Positions 1-13,739 of a stretch of DNA of 64,000 nt are shown here, piece after piece. A model generated the notes under the pieces. The model saw only the letters and a program-made list of their open reading frames with translations. It searched no databases and had not been told where the DNA came from. Origin of the DNA: the human T2T-CHM13v2.0 reference genome, Homo sapiens; the NCBI RefSeq assembly GCF_009914755.1, contig NC_060934.1; one strand, 5' to 3'. The translations under genes were made by a program, and so were the position numbers. Every line of letters starts with the position of its first letter. Position 1 is the stretch's first letter.

Positions 1-129
1 GCTTTTCTTACTTGTGTATGGTTCATCAATTTCTTTGAATGACTCTTTAGATGAGCACTTACAAGAGAAATAAATCATACATCTGCAAACTTTCTGAGGG
101 CATCTCAGAGCTCATCTTGTCTAGGATGA

Positions 130-499
130 TGTCTTAGTCCCTTCCTGCTGCTGTAACAAAAAATACCTTGACTGCGTAATTTATAAGAACAGAAATTTAT
201 TTCTCATAGTTCTGGAGGCTGGGAACTCCATGATCAAGGCACCAGGAGATTTAGGGTCTGGTGAGGGCTCACTCTCTGCTTCAAAGACGGTGCCTTCTCT
301 GTGTCCTAACATGGCAGAAGGGCAAAAAAAGATCTAACAGACTCGCTCAAGCCCTTTTGCAAGGGCACAAATTCCATTCATGAGTGTGGAGTCCTCATGA
401 TCTAATCACCTCCTAGACACCCCACTTCTTAATACTATTACACTGGGGATTAAGCTACAACATAAATTTTGGAGGGACAGAAACATTCCAACCATAGCA
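130..499 (-). mobile_element. MaLR solo LTR (MST/MLT1A-like) in LGI1 last intron
   Basis: TGTCTTAGTCC...ACCATAGCA termini typical of an antisense MaLR LTR; perfect 5-bp TSD GATGA at 125-129 and 500-504. Confidence 0.85.
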
Positions 500-709
500 G
501 ATGACAAATATATGCCCCATACTCAGTCATTATCCCTTCCTTCACTCTAGACAGGCACCACTAATCTATCATGGGAATCTTTCATGTAGAGTGCAGACAC
601 GGCCACAGAATCCTTCTCAACACAGTTCCCCAGACAATCACACGCAATGAGCCAATCAGTATTGGTACATGTGTTGGAATCTGGTGGCCATCCTTAATCT
701 AGTCTAAAG

Positions 710-785
710 TCTCATTGTACAGAAAAGAAAACTGAGCCTCAGAGAAGTTAAATGATTTTCTTAAGATCATACAATCAGTTTAGCC
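710..785 (-). mobile_element. MIR fragment
   Basis: MIR core-like AAACTGAGCCTCAGAGAAGTTAAATGA. Confidence 0.6.
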
Positions 786-1339
786 CTGAAAAGAGTCAGA
801 AATAAAACTATTTTGCCTATGGATGAAGCCAATTAGTAGAAAGAATTAATGTAGAACTTTCTGCCCCGCACTAGCGCTGTAGTCAGAAGAGGCCTAAAGC
901 CCAGATTTGTTCAGCTGTCTCTGGATTTTCTAGAGCCAAACTCCTGCAAGATCAGAATCTACTGATAAATGTCAAACTCTTCCCCAAAGGATACCAAGCT
1001 AGGCCACTGACAGATCCCACATCATTTTCTGTGATTTTCCAAAATAACTTTCAGGAGCAGTGCCCATGGCTGCACCCTTCTTTCGATTTTTTTAAAGATT
1101 CCTTTTCCTTCTCTTCACTCCTGCCACCAGTGACCTAAAGCTCCAGAAAAGTGACAAGTGGCATCTCCTTTCTTTGCAGGGGAAAGGCAAATTATTCTAG
1201 AGCAGGAAGCAGTTCAGACTTAGAGCAAAACAATTACAGTAGAGCCATGGGCTACCCAGACCACAACGCTAGCCTTTGGTTATCTAAGATCTTAGATAAA
1301 CCAAATTTGAAGTCCTGGAATAGCTAACTTGTCCCCAGC

Positions 1340-1525
1340 TTGGGTTAAAAGCATAGAGATGCTGGTAGGCCTGGCTTTGAATCCCCAACTCTGCCTTCTG
1401 CTACCAGAACAGCCTCTCTGAGCTTCAGTTTACTCATGTGGAAAAAGGATAATATTTATCTCTTAAGATTGTTGGGAAAATTAATGAGGTAAATTGAGAA
1501 AGCACATAATAGATGCTCAGTAAAC
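1340..1525 (+). mobile_element. MIR fragment
   Basis: TTTGAATCCCCAACTCTGCC...CTCTCTGAGCTTCAGTTTACTCATGTG MIR core. Confidence 0.65.
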
Positions 1526-1855
1526 AGTAGTTTTCATTAGAATTATGATTAACTCATTTGTGTCAGGGAAACTAATGCTTTCTTTCTGCAAGAAGTAAGA
1601 GGAGAACACTCGGGCCATAGCTGTGTGTCCTGAACGTCTAGCGCAGGCTAGATATGACATTAACAACTCAATTGTTGGCAACAAGGCCCCACGAGGCACA
1701 AAGGCACGGAACTTTAGGACACTGCTGCCATTGGGCTTTGGAGACCAGCCTTGCCTAATCAACCAAGGAGATCTCTTGTTTCAGGCTGATTTGGGTGGAA
1801 GTTGTATGGCCCCAGCCCGCATGTTTACATGCTCCAAAAGAGGATGGCCACACAA

Positions 1856-2717
<862 letters not shown>

Positions 2718-3075
2718 GACACCAAATTCTGTGGCTGCCATCAGAAATTTTCTACAGTACATGACCCGGATGAACTCAATGCATGATGACTCTTCTTATC
2801 ACACTTGCAAATGAATGCCTTTCAAACATTGAGACTGCTAGAACCAAGCACTACCAGTATCTCCATCCTTAACTGTCCAGTCCAGTGATGTGGGAAGTTA
2901 CCTTTTATAAGACAAAATTTAATTGTGTAACTGTTCTTTGCAGTGAAGATGTGTAAATAAGCGTTTAATGGTATCTGTTACTCCAAAAAGAAATATTAAT
3001 ATGTACTTTTCCATTTATTTATTCATGTGTACAGAAACAACTGCCAAATAAAATGTTTACATTTTCTTTCATATC
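2718..3075 (+). other. LGI1: LGI1 3'UTR
   Basis: Between the stop codon and the inferred cleavage site ~20 nt after AATAAA; AU-rich; 3' end approximate. Confidence 0.8.
3047..3052 (+). terminator. LGI1: Polyadenylation signal AATAAA of LGI1
   Basis: AATAAA with upstream TGTA motifs (e.g. 3002, 3028) and a downstream GT/T-rich element (3101-3126). Confidence 0.85.
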
Positions 3076-4449
3076 CCAGAGGTAATTATTTACAGGAGCT
3101 GTTTCATTCTTGTTGTTGGTATGTTGAAGAAATAGTTTTATATAATAGTATTGTATTTGGATCAAGGATTTACGATGTGAAGAATGAGTGAAGATAAAAT
3201 TATGGGTAATATGATATTGATTACCCATTGATTATGACCAGGTTTATCTGTGGCTGGATCAGCTGATTTTGAACATTCAAAGGTATTTCCAAAGGTCATG
3301 GCCTTTAGGGATAATTTGAGGTGAAATGGTGACAAATTAAAAGAAAGGTAGAGAAATTTGCCTACTACAAGAAGACTGATTTGAAATTAAGGACAGCAAG
3401 ACCCATCCTTTCCTGACTGATAAGCCCAGCTAAAATCATCACTCAGACAATTTCTAGGAGAAAGTAAAATCAAGAATTAGGATCTCAATACCCTATTTAG
3501 GGTCTTTCTAAACATCTGACAGCTGATAGAGATTGTAACCTTACAGTGCTTGCCTCAAATGTACCTGTCATGAAGGCCTCTTAATCTGACCAAGGATGCT
3601 TCACTTCTAGATACCAATTTTGATTTGTTATTTACCTGCTGCAGAATGCCCAAAAGGCTCATATTTGATTTTCTAAATTTCTGCTTCTAGATCACATGGG
3701 TCATTAGCACAATGCCGGTGATAGAGTAGGCTCTCAAAAAATGCTTTTAAAGAAGCACGTGTCCTCCTGTTATAATATAATAAACTTTCTGAGGCCTTTT
3801 GACCTAATTATTGCCTACCTACTAAGAATGGGGTATTGTATAGCAGGGGTGGGGGACTGAGGCAGAATAGGGCATGAACCTTGCCCTCTGAGGCCTTAGA
3901 AGACTAACTGGGGTGTTAGAACACAAAAAACCTACAGAGCAAGCAGTGAGTGCCAAGTACCTTCTAAAGATTCCAGATTATAAGTATCCTGGGAGTATCA
4001 AGATGACTTTCTGGAAGTCTAGGTTCTTGTTTGCACTTAAAGGGAAGATGTAATTTTAAAGGGGGATCACGGCAGAGAAGATATTCCTGGCACGAACTGG
4101 TTCTGTGTGCTGCCTTCACGGAGGGGGTCAGAGCTTGCTCCTGCTCATTGTTTGCTGGACTATTTTGCCATATAAGTGTGGTCGGGGAGGGCAGACAGCA
4201 GCTGCTGGCACACAGTGCATATCTGGAAGACTTGAGGCATCAAAGGTACACACATACTTACATAGTTTCTGGGAAGCAACTCCCTGGGGAGTTATGCACA
4301 GGAACCAGATTCCCATATGGGGAAGATATTAACTCTGACATCAGGATTATGGGAGAGAAGAATACCTCACTCCCGAACTGGCCTTTGAATGTCTTATTTT
4401 TTTCAGTTCCCTTTTCCTGTAAGCAGCATCATATGCTACTGGAGAACAC

Positions 4450-4608
4450 CTGCTCTGTACAGACTAGGGTGAACTCCAACTCTGCCATGTACTAGCCTTG
4501 TCCATAGGCCAGTTGCTTAGCCCCTCTGAGCCTCAGTTTCTTTCCCTGTAAAGAGGGACAATAATACCTACTTCCAAAGATAATGGAAGGATTGAGACAG
4601 TACATGCA
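4450..4608 (+). mobile_element. MIR
   Basis: CTCTGCCATGTACTAG...CTCTGAGCCTCAGTTTCTTT...GTAAA core. Confidence 0.7.
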
Positions 4609-4609
4609 A

Positions 4610-5210
4610 GGCAGATTTTATTTCCCAAATATAACCACAACAATATCTGCCATCGCATGTGCTCTGTGACAGCCTCTCCCCCATCCCATCAAGAGGCAGT
4701 ACCTAGTTCACCTACTCTTAAACGTGAATTAGTTTATGACTTGCTTGTAAGAATGTGGTGGGAATAATATAGTTGATTTCTGAGGCTAGGTCATAAAAAT
4801 GATGAAGTTTCTCTCCTATCTTGTAAACTGGGACACTTGATTTTGGAGCTGTGAGCAGACACCTTCAAAAGTCCTACTAGCCTGAGGCCACTGTTCTGTG
4901 ATGAAGCCCAGCCCCCATGGAGAAACCACACATAGGTGCTTTGGTCAACAGACCCAGACAAGGCCATCCTCAGCCACCGGTTCTGTGAGTGAAGATGCCT
5001 CTGGGTGATCCCAGCCCCAGCTCACAAGTCACTACCAGACTTCAGATCTTCCCAGCAGAGGCCCCAGACATTGCAGAGCAGAGACAAGCCATCCCCACTG
5101 TGTCCTGTCCAAAGGCCTGACCCACGGACTCTATGAGCATAATAAAATGGCTTAAATTGTTTTAAATGGCTAAGTTTTTGGGTGATTTGTTACACAACAG
5201 CAGTAGAATA
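4610..5210 (+). mobile_element. MLT1 (MLT1G/H-like) MaLR LTR
   Basis: GGCAGATTTTATTTCCCAAA start, CTGAGGCTAGGTCATAAAA, ...CTAAGTTTTTGGGTGATTTGTTACACAAC end. Confidence 0.65.
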
Positions 5211-5324
5211 CTTAACATGGAACTGGCACAACTGAGCCCTTACCAAGTGATAGTTATTGCCAACAGGCACCCTACACTCAGAATAGTGCATACTTTGGGA
5301 TCATGCTCTACCTTATTATCTTAA

Positions 5325-5696
<372 letters not shown>

Positions 5697-5780
5697 TAAA
5701 AAATACGTTATCAATGTTTTTTCTGCCAGGCATTGTGCTGAATTCAGGAATGCAGAGATTAAAAGACCCAGATTCTGCTC

Positions 5781-6068
5781 TATTTGTTTTTATTTTTTAA
5801 TTTTAGGGTCCTGCTGTGTTGCCCAGGCTGTAATGTCGTGGTGCAATCATAGCTCACTACAGCCTTAAACTCCTGGGCTAAGTGGTCGTCCTGCATAACT
5901 GAGATTGCAGGCATGTACCACCACAGTCAACTAATTTTTTAAATTTTTGTAGAGACAGGGTCTTGCTATGTTGCCCAGGTAAATCTCAACTCCTGGCCTC
6001 AAGAAATTCTCCTACCTTAGCCTCCCAAAGAGTTGGGATTACAGGCATGAGCCAAAGCACCCAGCCAG
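5781..6068 (-). mobile_element. AluJ-like, degenerate
   Basis: GCCCAGGCTG...CTCCCAAAGAGTTGGGATTACAGGCATGAGCC. Confidence 0.85.
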
Positions 6069-7255
6069 CCCTTCTTGTTTTCAGAAAAGCACTGACTGTT
6101 GAAGCTAGCAAATTGACTCTAATTTACCTTAAAGCTGGAGACCCAGAGGTGTATGTGAAGCGAGCTAGCTGAATTAGGACCATCTTCCATCCTGACACTC
6201 AGCCTAGTCCTTTCTCCATCATGTGGTGCCACTTTTCAAACATTCACTATCTGATTAGAACTTGGCATGTAGATGGGAAGATTGATGAGGGGTAAAGAGA
6301 AGACCAAGAAAATTAATTCAAGAAAGACTGAGGAGGAGGACACGGGTAGGGTTCACCTTTGCAGGAACTGACTAGCCTTTTCTGAGAGTTGTCCCCTCTC
6401 CATGTACCCTTCATCTGCCCTATTCTATTTAACTCTGTCTCCTCTGCAGCCACAGAAGGTTGCACCTGTAATGTGTTCCCAGTGTTCACCTGAAATGAAC
6501 TCCAGGTGTTTGTCCTAGATGCTGGGCTGAGCTCAGCCTGAGCCAAGCTGCACGTAGGGAGCACTGGTCTTTGAATGGGAGTTCAAAGAGAAAGAACTTT
6601 AAGAGAGTTCTGTCTCCTGGATATTTGGAATTAGGACAGCAAAGGCTGAGCCAATTTGCCACAGGCACAGGATCTGTAAGGAGATGAGCCTAAATCAGGC
6701 TCCTTAGAGGCAGAGGGATTGATTGAGGGAGTGCTCCGAGGCTACACCTGAAGGGAGTGAGAGGAGCAACATGGAACAGGGGAAGATGCTATGCAAAGAC
6801 AGGAAAAGGCAGCCTGCACCTGATCCTAGGGGGCTGTCCAGAGTGTGAATTGTACCACAGAGTGTGTCCTGCCTTGAGGCAAGGAGGATGGACTTTTGCA
6901 TGCCCCCACCCATCTGACAGTCATTGGCTAAGGCATGTGGGGCAAAACCTTTTGGGCATCTCCAGGAGAGAAGCTTCCAGTTGGTAAAGGATAGTCCTCC
7001 AGAGAAGGGTACACATATGAGCTGTTATTAACTGACACCCACAGCAGCTGCAAGATGAGGACATCAGCCCAGTAAAGGCATCGGGGTGAGATACCAACAG
7101 CATATACCACAGTGATGGTGACTGGGGAGCTGAAGGCACCATCTGGGGGCAGCCATCATGGTCCATGTGCCGGAAGAGCTGAGGAAACTGGTCAGAAAAT
7201 GAGAAGAGAATGACATGAGAGCTCAGAAAGGAGCAGAGGTGAGAAACTACGCAGT

Positions 7256-7398
7256 TTGAGGGAGAGCAGGAGAGAGAATAGAGAGAGGAAAGAAGAGAGA
7301 AAAAGGGTGAGAAAAAGAGGGAGGAAAAGAGGGAACAAGGGAGAGCAAAAAGGAAGAGGAAGTGAGGAGGGAGGGATAGTGAGAGGAAGATGGGGAGG
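7256..7398 (+). repeat. GA-rich low-complexity purine tract
   Basis: Nearly pure A/G over ~140 bp. Confidence 0.85.
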
Positions 7399-7720
7399 TA
7401 CAGTGTTCCTCGTTGAGTTACCTGGTAACCAGACTCTGAGAAGTTACTGTACAGACATTAATTCAGGAGTCCTCTTGAGGTCATCACCTGGGAAGGAGAA
7501 AATGGAAATAGGATTGGGTGGAGGGAGGCACTGAACTGTGACAAAATTCCAATAAAAGCCTCAGGCAACCTGGTAGCTGCTCTAACTTGAGACAACTGAG
7601 CTGGGATGTCCCTTCTCAGTTGTCTCAAGTTAGATCAAGGGGACCAGGTCTTTATATGTATACAGCCTCCATGCTGGTTAGCATTGGATTCAGCTCCCTG
7701 CCCTTGAATTCCTCAAGGGA

Positions 7721-8078
7721 TGATATGGTTTGGCTGTGTCCCCACCCAAATCTCATCTTGAATTGTAACTCCCACAATTCCCACGTGTTGTGGGAGGGAC
7801 CACGTGGGAGGTAATTGAATCATGGGGGAGGGTCTTTCCCATGCTGTTTCTCCTGATAGTGAATAAACCTCACGAGATCTGATGGTTTTTATAAAGGACA
7901 GTTCCCCTGCACAAGCTCTCTCTTGCCTGATGCCATATAAGATGCCCCTTGCTCTAACGCCATAATTGTGAGGCCTCCCCAGCCATGTGAAACTGTGAGT
8001 CCATTAAATCTCTGTTTCTTTATAAATTACCCAGTCTCAGGTATGTCTTTATTAGCAGTATAAAAGCAGACTAATACA
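7721..8078 (+). mobile_element. THE1 solo LTR (MaLR)
   Basis: TGATATGGTTTGGCTGTGTCCCCACCCAAATCTCATCTTGAATTG...GACTAATACA; perfect TSD AGGGA (7716-7720, 8079-8083). Confidence 0.93.
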
Positions 8079-9819
8079 AGGGACTTCTATAACCTTCTAA
8101 CAACAACCCATGCACACACACATTTTGTTTTGTTTCAGGTTAGTTTGAATGGATTTCTGTACTTGTCACAAAATTATCTCCAACTAATTCAGAAGGTTTA
8201 GGCATAATTTACTGTAATGTAGATATGATGGTAAGTACTAGGTATTTCCATCCTTTTTCTTTCCACAGTTCAGACTGTATAATTTCTATTGCTCTATCTT
8301 CAAGTTCATTTTCAATGTCAAATGTCTTCAAAATGTACTATTATTTCAATCAGATTAATGCTTCTAAACTTTTATGTAAAAATTCCAATGTATGAAAATT
8401 TTTGAACCATCAAAATTTTATAATTTCCAGTGTATTTTGGACCAATATATTGTGAACCAATCTTTTTGGAAATTAAAAAGGAATTACTAGAAAAACGATC
8501 ACACACTTGGTTGATGTGGTAATGTCTCAAGTTCTGTACTTATCCCAAACTGATTCCAAACTCTCCCTGGACTGGCATTGGTCCCAGGACCACATCTATA
8601 TGTAACTGAAACAACTACAGCTCAACTCACTCAACTCGGCTCTTATCATTACATATCAATCATAATGTGGGATATAAGGCATTTTAATATGATTTCTATC
8701 AACAGCATCAGGGCCTCCAGGGACAACACATTTCAAGAAGACCTAAAATGGCCCTAGAAAGTCCTGAAGGTGGAGTTCAAGATCTGGCCTGTTTTTTCGC
8801 CCACTCCTGCATCCTCTACCTTGCCCACACTCCAGTTACCCACACAATTTGCCAATCTCTATTCATCTAAGCACTGACATGCTTCCGTGCTTCAGTGGCT
8901 CCAACCACCCAGAATGCCCTTTCCCTGCTTTTCTAGCTTTTGAAATCTTAGTCCTTCTCAACCAACTAGTTAGGTGTGATTTCTCCTTCCTCTGGGTTTC
9001 TTGGCCCCTTGCTTTGTACCATGAGCAAGGCTCATGTTTCACTTGACCTTGCATTATGGTTAGCTGTCAATATATCCATCTGTCCCACCAGGTTACACAT
9101 CTCTGAGGGTCAGGACTGTGTCTTAGAAATCTGTGATTCTTCCATCCATCCCTCCCCTAAGCTCCTAGAATAGTCCTACTTTTTGAAGAGGGTCCAAAAA
9201 CTTGGTGAAAATCAACTCACTTAAGCCCAGAAGCTTCAGTGCTCCTGTTTGCATCTCTGACAAGCAGCCACATCCCCTGTAGTGAGTTCCACAAAAGCTT
9301 CTGGCCATGGATTACCCCAAAAGAATAGGATTTGACAGTCTGCCAGCTCCCCACTGGTAACCTGGGTAGGCTTGAAGGTGAAAGAGACACAATTTATTTC
9401 CTGAGTAAATCCTTATTAAACACACACACTGCAGATCTACCTAAGACCTGGTTCACAAAACTGAAGGATGGGAACTGACTGAATTAAGCCATGGGGAGTA
9501 AAAAGGCAAGAAGCTTGACACTAGCACTTTCAGAAAGCCTATGCCCTTTGAAATTTTTATCCCCAGAGAGGAATCCACATCTGTGGTCAGTACTACTCAG
9601 AGATGCCCCAGAGGGAGCATCCTCCCTAGCTGGAGCTTTTAACAGTAATTCCCAGCAAATCTGTATCCCAGAAATCGGTCCTCTTAATAATGCCAGATCT
9701 CAGGATAATTGTTCATACTTCATTCTCTTGGCCCTGTCTATACACACATATTTAACAATTCTAAAATAAAATTTCTTTAATATAGGACATATTCTTTAAC
9801 ATTTTAATTTAATCATAGC

Positions 9820-9990
9820 GATAGGTGACATTTACTGAGCACTTACTATGAGTCAGCCTCTATCCTAAGGGCTTTATCCGTACTCTAATCCTATGATAAT
9901 AGTATTGTTTTACAGATGAGAAAGCAGAGTCTTAGAATAGCAAAGTAACTTTCCCACAGCTATACAACCAGTTAAGAAGCAAAGAAAGAT
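9820..9990 (-). mobile_element. MIR
   Basis: CATTTACTGAGCACTTACTATG...TTTTACAGATGAGAAAGCAGAG. Confidence 0.7.
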
Positions 9991-10427
9991 TCATTTGGAT
10001 CATATCCATCAGTGGCACCATGCTACAAAGTGCCTAAAGACAAAATATATATTAAAAATTCAGAACTCTGTAAACTGCCAGATAGACAGATACGCCACTC
10101 AGAAATTTGATGTGTCTCCATTATCATAGAGCTTTTGGTAGAGCTTTTCACTGAAAATGTTTATTGAACACTTACTATGTGCAAAGCACTATGGTAGATG
10201 ATACAAAGAAAATTAAAATGAGCAAAAAATTGTCCTTACCCCTAAATAATTTACAAACCAGTGGAGCTTATTTCTAAAAGCCAGCATGCAAAAAATTTGA
10301 CTTGAAAGAGGCAAAAGTAACTTCTATAAGGGTCTAAAGAATAAATGAATCATGACACATGTTTTCTGTTTTTTTTTGCTTGTAGGTCAATCCTGTTGGT
10401 GTCCACAATATTTCTCTCTCTGGGGCA

Positions 10428-10600
10428 GTGGGCATAGTGGTAACAGCATGTGTTTAAGAGTCAGGGAGACCTTGATTTGCATCCCAATATGGCCTCCTCT
10501 AGCTCTAGGACCTGGGACAAGCTAATCAAACTCATCTGCAAAATGTGAATAATGATCGTCATAGAGTGGGTTTGCAGATTAAATACTGTATAAGCCTCAC
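10428..10600 (+). mobile_element. MIR
   Basis: GCATAGTGGTAACAGCATG...CTCATCTGCAAAATG. Confidence 0.6.
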
Positions 10601-11274
10601 AAGTACCCCAGGAGGTGGTTACTCTGAATACCTCTATTTTACTAATGAAATTAGCAACTTGTCCATGAACATACGGCTAGCAAGTCTGACCTGGGAGCCT
10701 GCATCTGGGATTTTGGCCACTCCATTCTGCTAAGCTGGTATGAGTTGTAGAAGCGGTACATTATTGTATAGGAGCTGTAATCACTGATCAGGATAGGTGG
10801 AAAATGCTTACACCCCATCACATCTTTCTCTGTGAGAGCTGAGGATGTCTGTGGACCTCTAGAAGAACAGGTGGAACAGAAACCCAGGTGAGGCAGTGGG
10901 GCCCACCAAGAAGTTACAGGTAGAAGACGGCAGTGAAGTGAGCTGACCACCCCAGCAGCATTGGTGTGCTCCAACATAGAAGATGACAGGAGTCACAGTG
11001 TGTGATATGCATGCATTCTTATTGAGGAACATTGAGGGACTTTGGCCTCTAGAAAATTACCTATGTTCCAATAAAACTTGCTGTTGTTAAAATGTGGTCA
11101 TTGTTTTTACATCAGTGGAGGGAACACTGTGTGAAAAATAGCTCTTCAAATTTCTGTGTGGCTTTTGCATCAATAAAAGTCAGATATCCCTGAATGATAA
11201 AATGAAGCAATTTTACCACATCGTCCCTGTCAGCAAATTTATATTAAGTGATGTGTGCCTTTACTTTTTAAAAG

Positions 11275-11286
11275 TATATATATACA

Positions 11287-11350
<64 letters not shown>
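11275..11350. repeat. (TA)n microsatellite fused to poly(T)
   Basis: Direct reading. Confidence 0.95.
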
Positions 11351-11607
11351 CCCCAAAAGAAGACAGAATCAAGCTCCCAAGAGGTTTATTGTATTCTAGC
11401 CATGTGATTTTGGCCAAATTTCCTCAACTAGCTTAAATTATTCTCAACTAGAAGTGCTCCACTGAGTAAATGCATACTCCCATTTCCTGTTTTCAAATCC
11501 TGTCCACTCTCAATGAGTGTATCAGAATTATCAGGATTTTTCTAAATGCACAGCCCAGATTCTGATCCCTGAGGAGTCATGGCAGCCAGGAATTTTTTTT
11601 TTTTTTT

Positions 11608-12110
11608 TGGTTGTAAGTTACTGAAGCCTAACTAAACTAGTTGAAACATAAAAGAACATCTAGCTTCAGAAATATCTGGACCAGATGCTCAGATGATACT
11701 TTCATAAATCTGTCATTCCCTGACTCTTGGCCCTATTTTAGTCTATGTTGACTTTTTCCTAAGTCAGTCCCTCCTTTCATGGTGGAAAAATGCCTACCAA
11801 CAGCTCCAACATTAGTCTTGCTGGTGTAGCCTTGCCCAACAGAAAGGCTGGGAACTCCTCTTCTCTAGTAGTTCTAACAAAAGCTCAGGGCTGGTGCTCA
11901 TTGGCCCAGTGCCCATCCTGATGCAATTGTTGTGGCTAAGGGTAGAATGCTTATTGGCCCAGGTTGGGCCATGTTCCCACCCCTGGAACCCACGGATGAG
12001 AACCACATAGAGTGAGAGTGAGATAAGAGTGATTCCCTAAAGTAAAATTGGAGTGCTATTAAAAGGAAGGAAAGAATACCAGACAGGCAAAACAACAAAT
12101 GCTATCAGTA
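11608..12110 (-). mobile_element. Old MLT1 (J/K/L-like) LTR
   Basis: TTGGTTGTAAG...CTAACTAAACTAG and ATTGGCCCAGGTTGGGCCATGTTCCCACCCCTGG motifs. Confidence 0.5.
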
Positions 12111-12717
12111 GGAGGTGTGGTCTCTTTTGAGAACCTCTGCTTAGAGAGCCAGAGTTACTAAAGGATGGCCACACCCTCAGACGTGTCTAGAATCCCTTCA
12201 CTAAAAGGTTTCAAAGATCCCTTCCAGCTCTTATTTTTCAAAAGTTGGCAAAATATAACCTCCCATCTTGGTCTATTATTTATAACGATTTACTGTTACC
12301 TTTTCTATAAGCAGTTTTAAAGTATGTTCCATCAAATATTGTTTTAAAATATTTAAACCGGTGTCCTTTGTTTCAGAATGATGTTTTCCTAAGTGAAGTC
12401 AAGCTGCCAATTCTAATTTAGTGGCCACCTGTCTCTGGGAGAGGAGAGACCAAGTGTTCTTAGATCACTTTCCATTCTGTACTTGAATGTGCTTCCATCT
12501 CAAATCAATCTGTATCTGTCAAGGGCAGCACTAGCTCCCCTCTCTCTATACTTTAATCACCTTGAGGTTGGCCTTGCAGATTAAAATCTTAGAGGCTCCT
12601 TAGTGGTCCAAGACTTTTCCTAATTTAGCTTTCCTGCAAGTATCTAGTCAGTGGCTAAAATTATCACAGGCCAATCTCAGCAGAGAACAGAACATAAAAC
12701 GCTGACTTCTGTTCATA

Positions 12718-12905
12718 ATGGTTCCCCAATCTGGATGCCCCACTCCAAAATCACCTAGAAAGTTAACTAAATATGCAGATTCCTGAAGTTCCACCTCAAA
12801 CCCATCAAACCTGAATTTTCAAAGAATGAAACCCAGGAATTCTTATTTTTAAATGTTCCTTGAGTGATTCTGATGTTGATAGCCCACGACCTGCCCACTA
12901 ACTGG
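12718..12905. mobile_element. MER5-type hAT-Charlie DNA transposon relic
   Basis: AATCACCTAG...ATGCAGATTCCTG...CCCAGGAATTC...GTGATTCTGATG. Confidence 0.65.
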
Positions 12906-13739
12906 GATTTGGGAGCCTCTGATATAAATAACCACATTGGACTAACCAGTATCATGCTAGTAGCTCCAAGCCTGTGGTTAGAAAAAGTTGTCCAAAAGCT
13001 CTAGAACATACTAGTTTTAAGCATTACCCATGGCAAGACACTTAAGTTTCTTGGTGCCTCAATTTTCTAGAAGATATTGGAACTGGACAAGGTCATCCCA
13101 AAGGTCCCTTTCAGTTCTGAAATTTCTGTAACTACCTGTTATAAAGGAGGAAAAAAACAGCTTGAAAGTTTGGAGACCTTGACCCAATACCACCTTCTTT
13201 ATAGTAGATGAGTTCTTTATTTCATAATTCTAAGATAGTTCTAAGATAATAATTAGCATTTAGATAATCCTTCAGAATAATCTGTTGAGATGTGCAGTAC
13301 GAACAAGCTGAGGAAGATCCAATTTCCTGTTGACTTGGGTTTGCTGGGTTGAGTATCTGCAAGCAGCATTTGGTATGTTGGTGTTTAATGGATATGACAT
13401 TTCAGTGCACCAAATGGGAAAGAAGTATTTTTAGCACAGAATTCATCAAGGTTTAGTAAAGAGGGACTAGTACTCTGAATGGAGTGTGAATAAGCACAGA
13501 TACTATTTTAAAAGACCAAATATAAAGACCTCTTTCCCACTACTATCACAAAATAGTCATATATGCACTTATTTTCACCCAAATCTTGAAGAACTTACTC
13601 TTTTCCACATCTCCTAAAACACAGTATTCCATCTAGTGCAATAACTCAGCTGCCTTACACACATTCTTCCTGTCTTTAGATGGCCTGAGTACCTATGTTT
13701 AATAGGCTAAAAATGTTGTTAATGATTGAAAGCAATAAA

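Noticed and set aside
4031-4495. 154-aa ORF downstream of LGI1
   Set aside because: Non-ATG start, no recognisable domain, runs into a MIR
7256-7534. Arg/Glu/Lys-rich 92-aa ORF
   Set aside because: Translation of a GA-rich low-complexity tract
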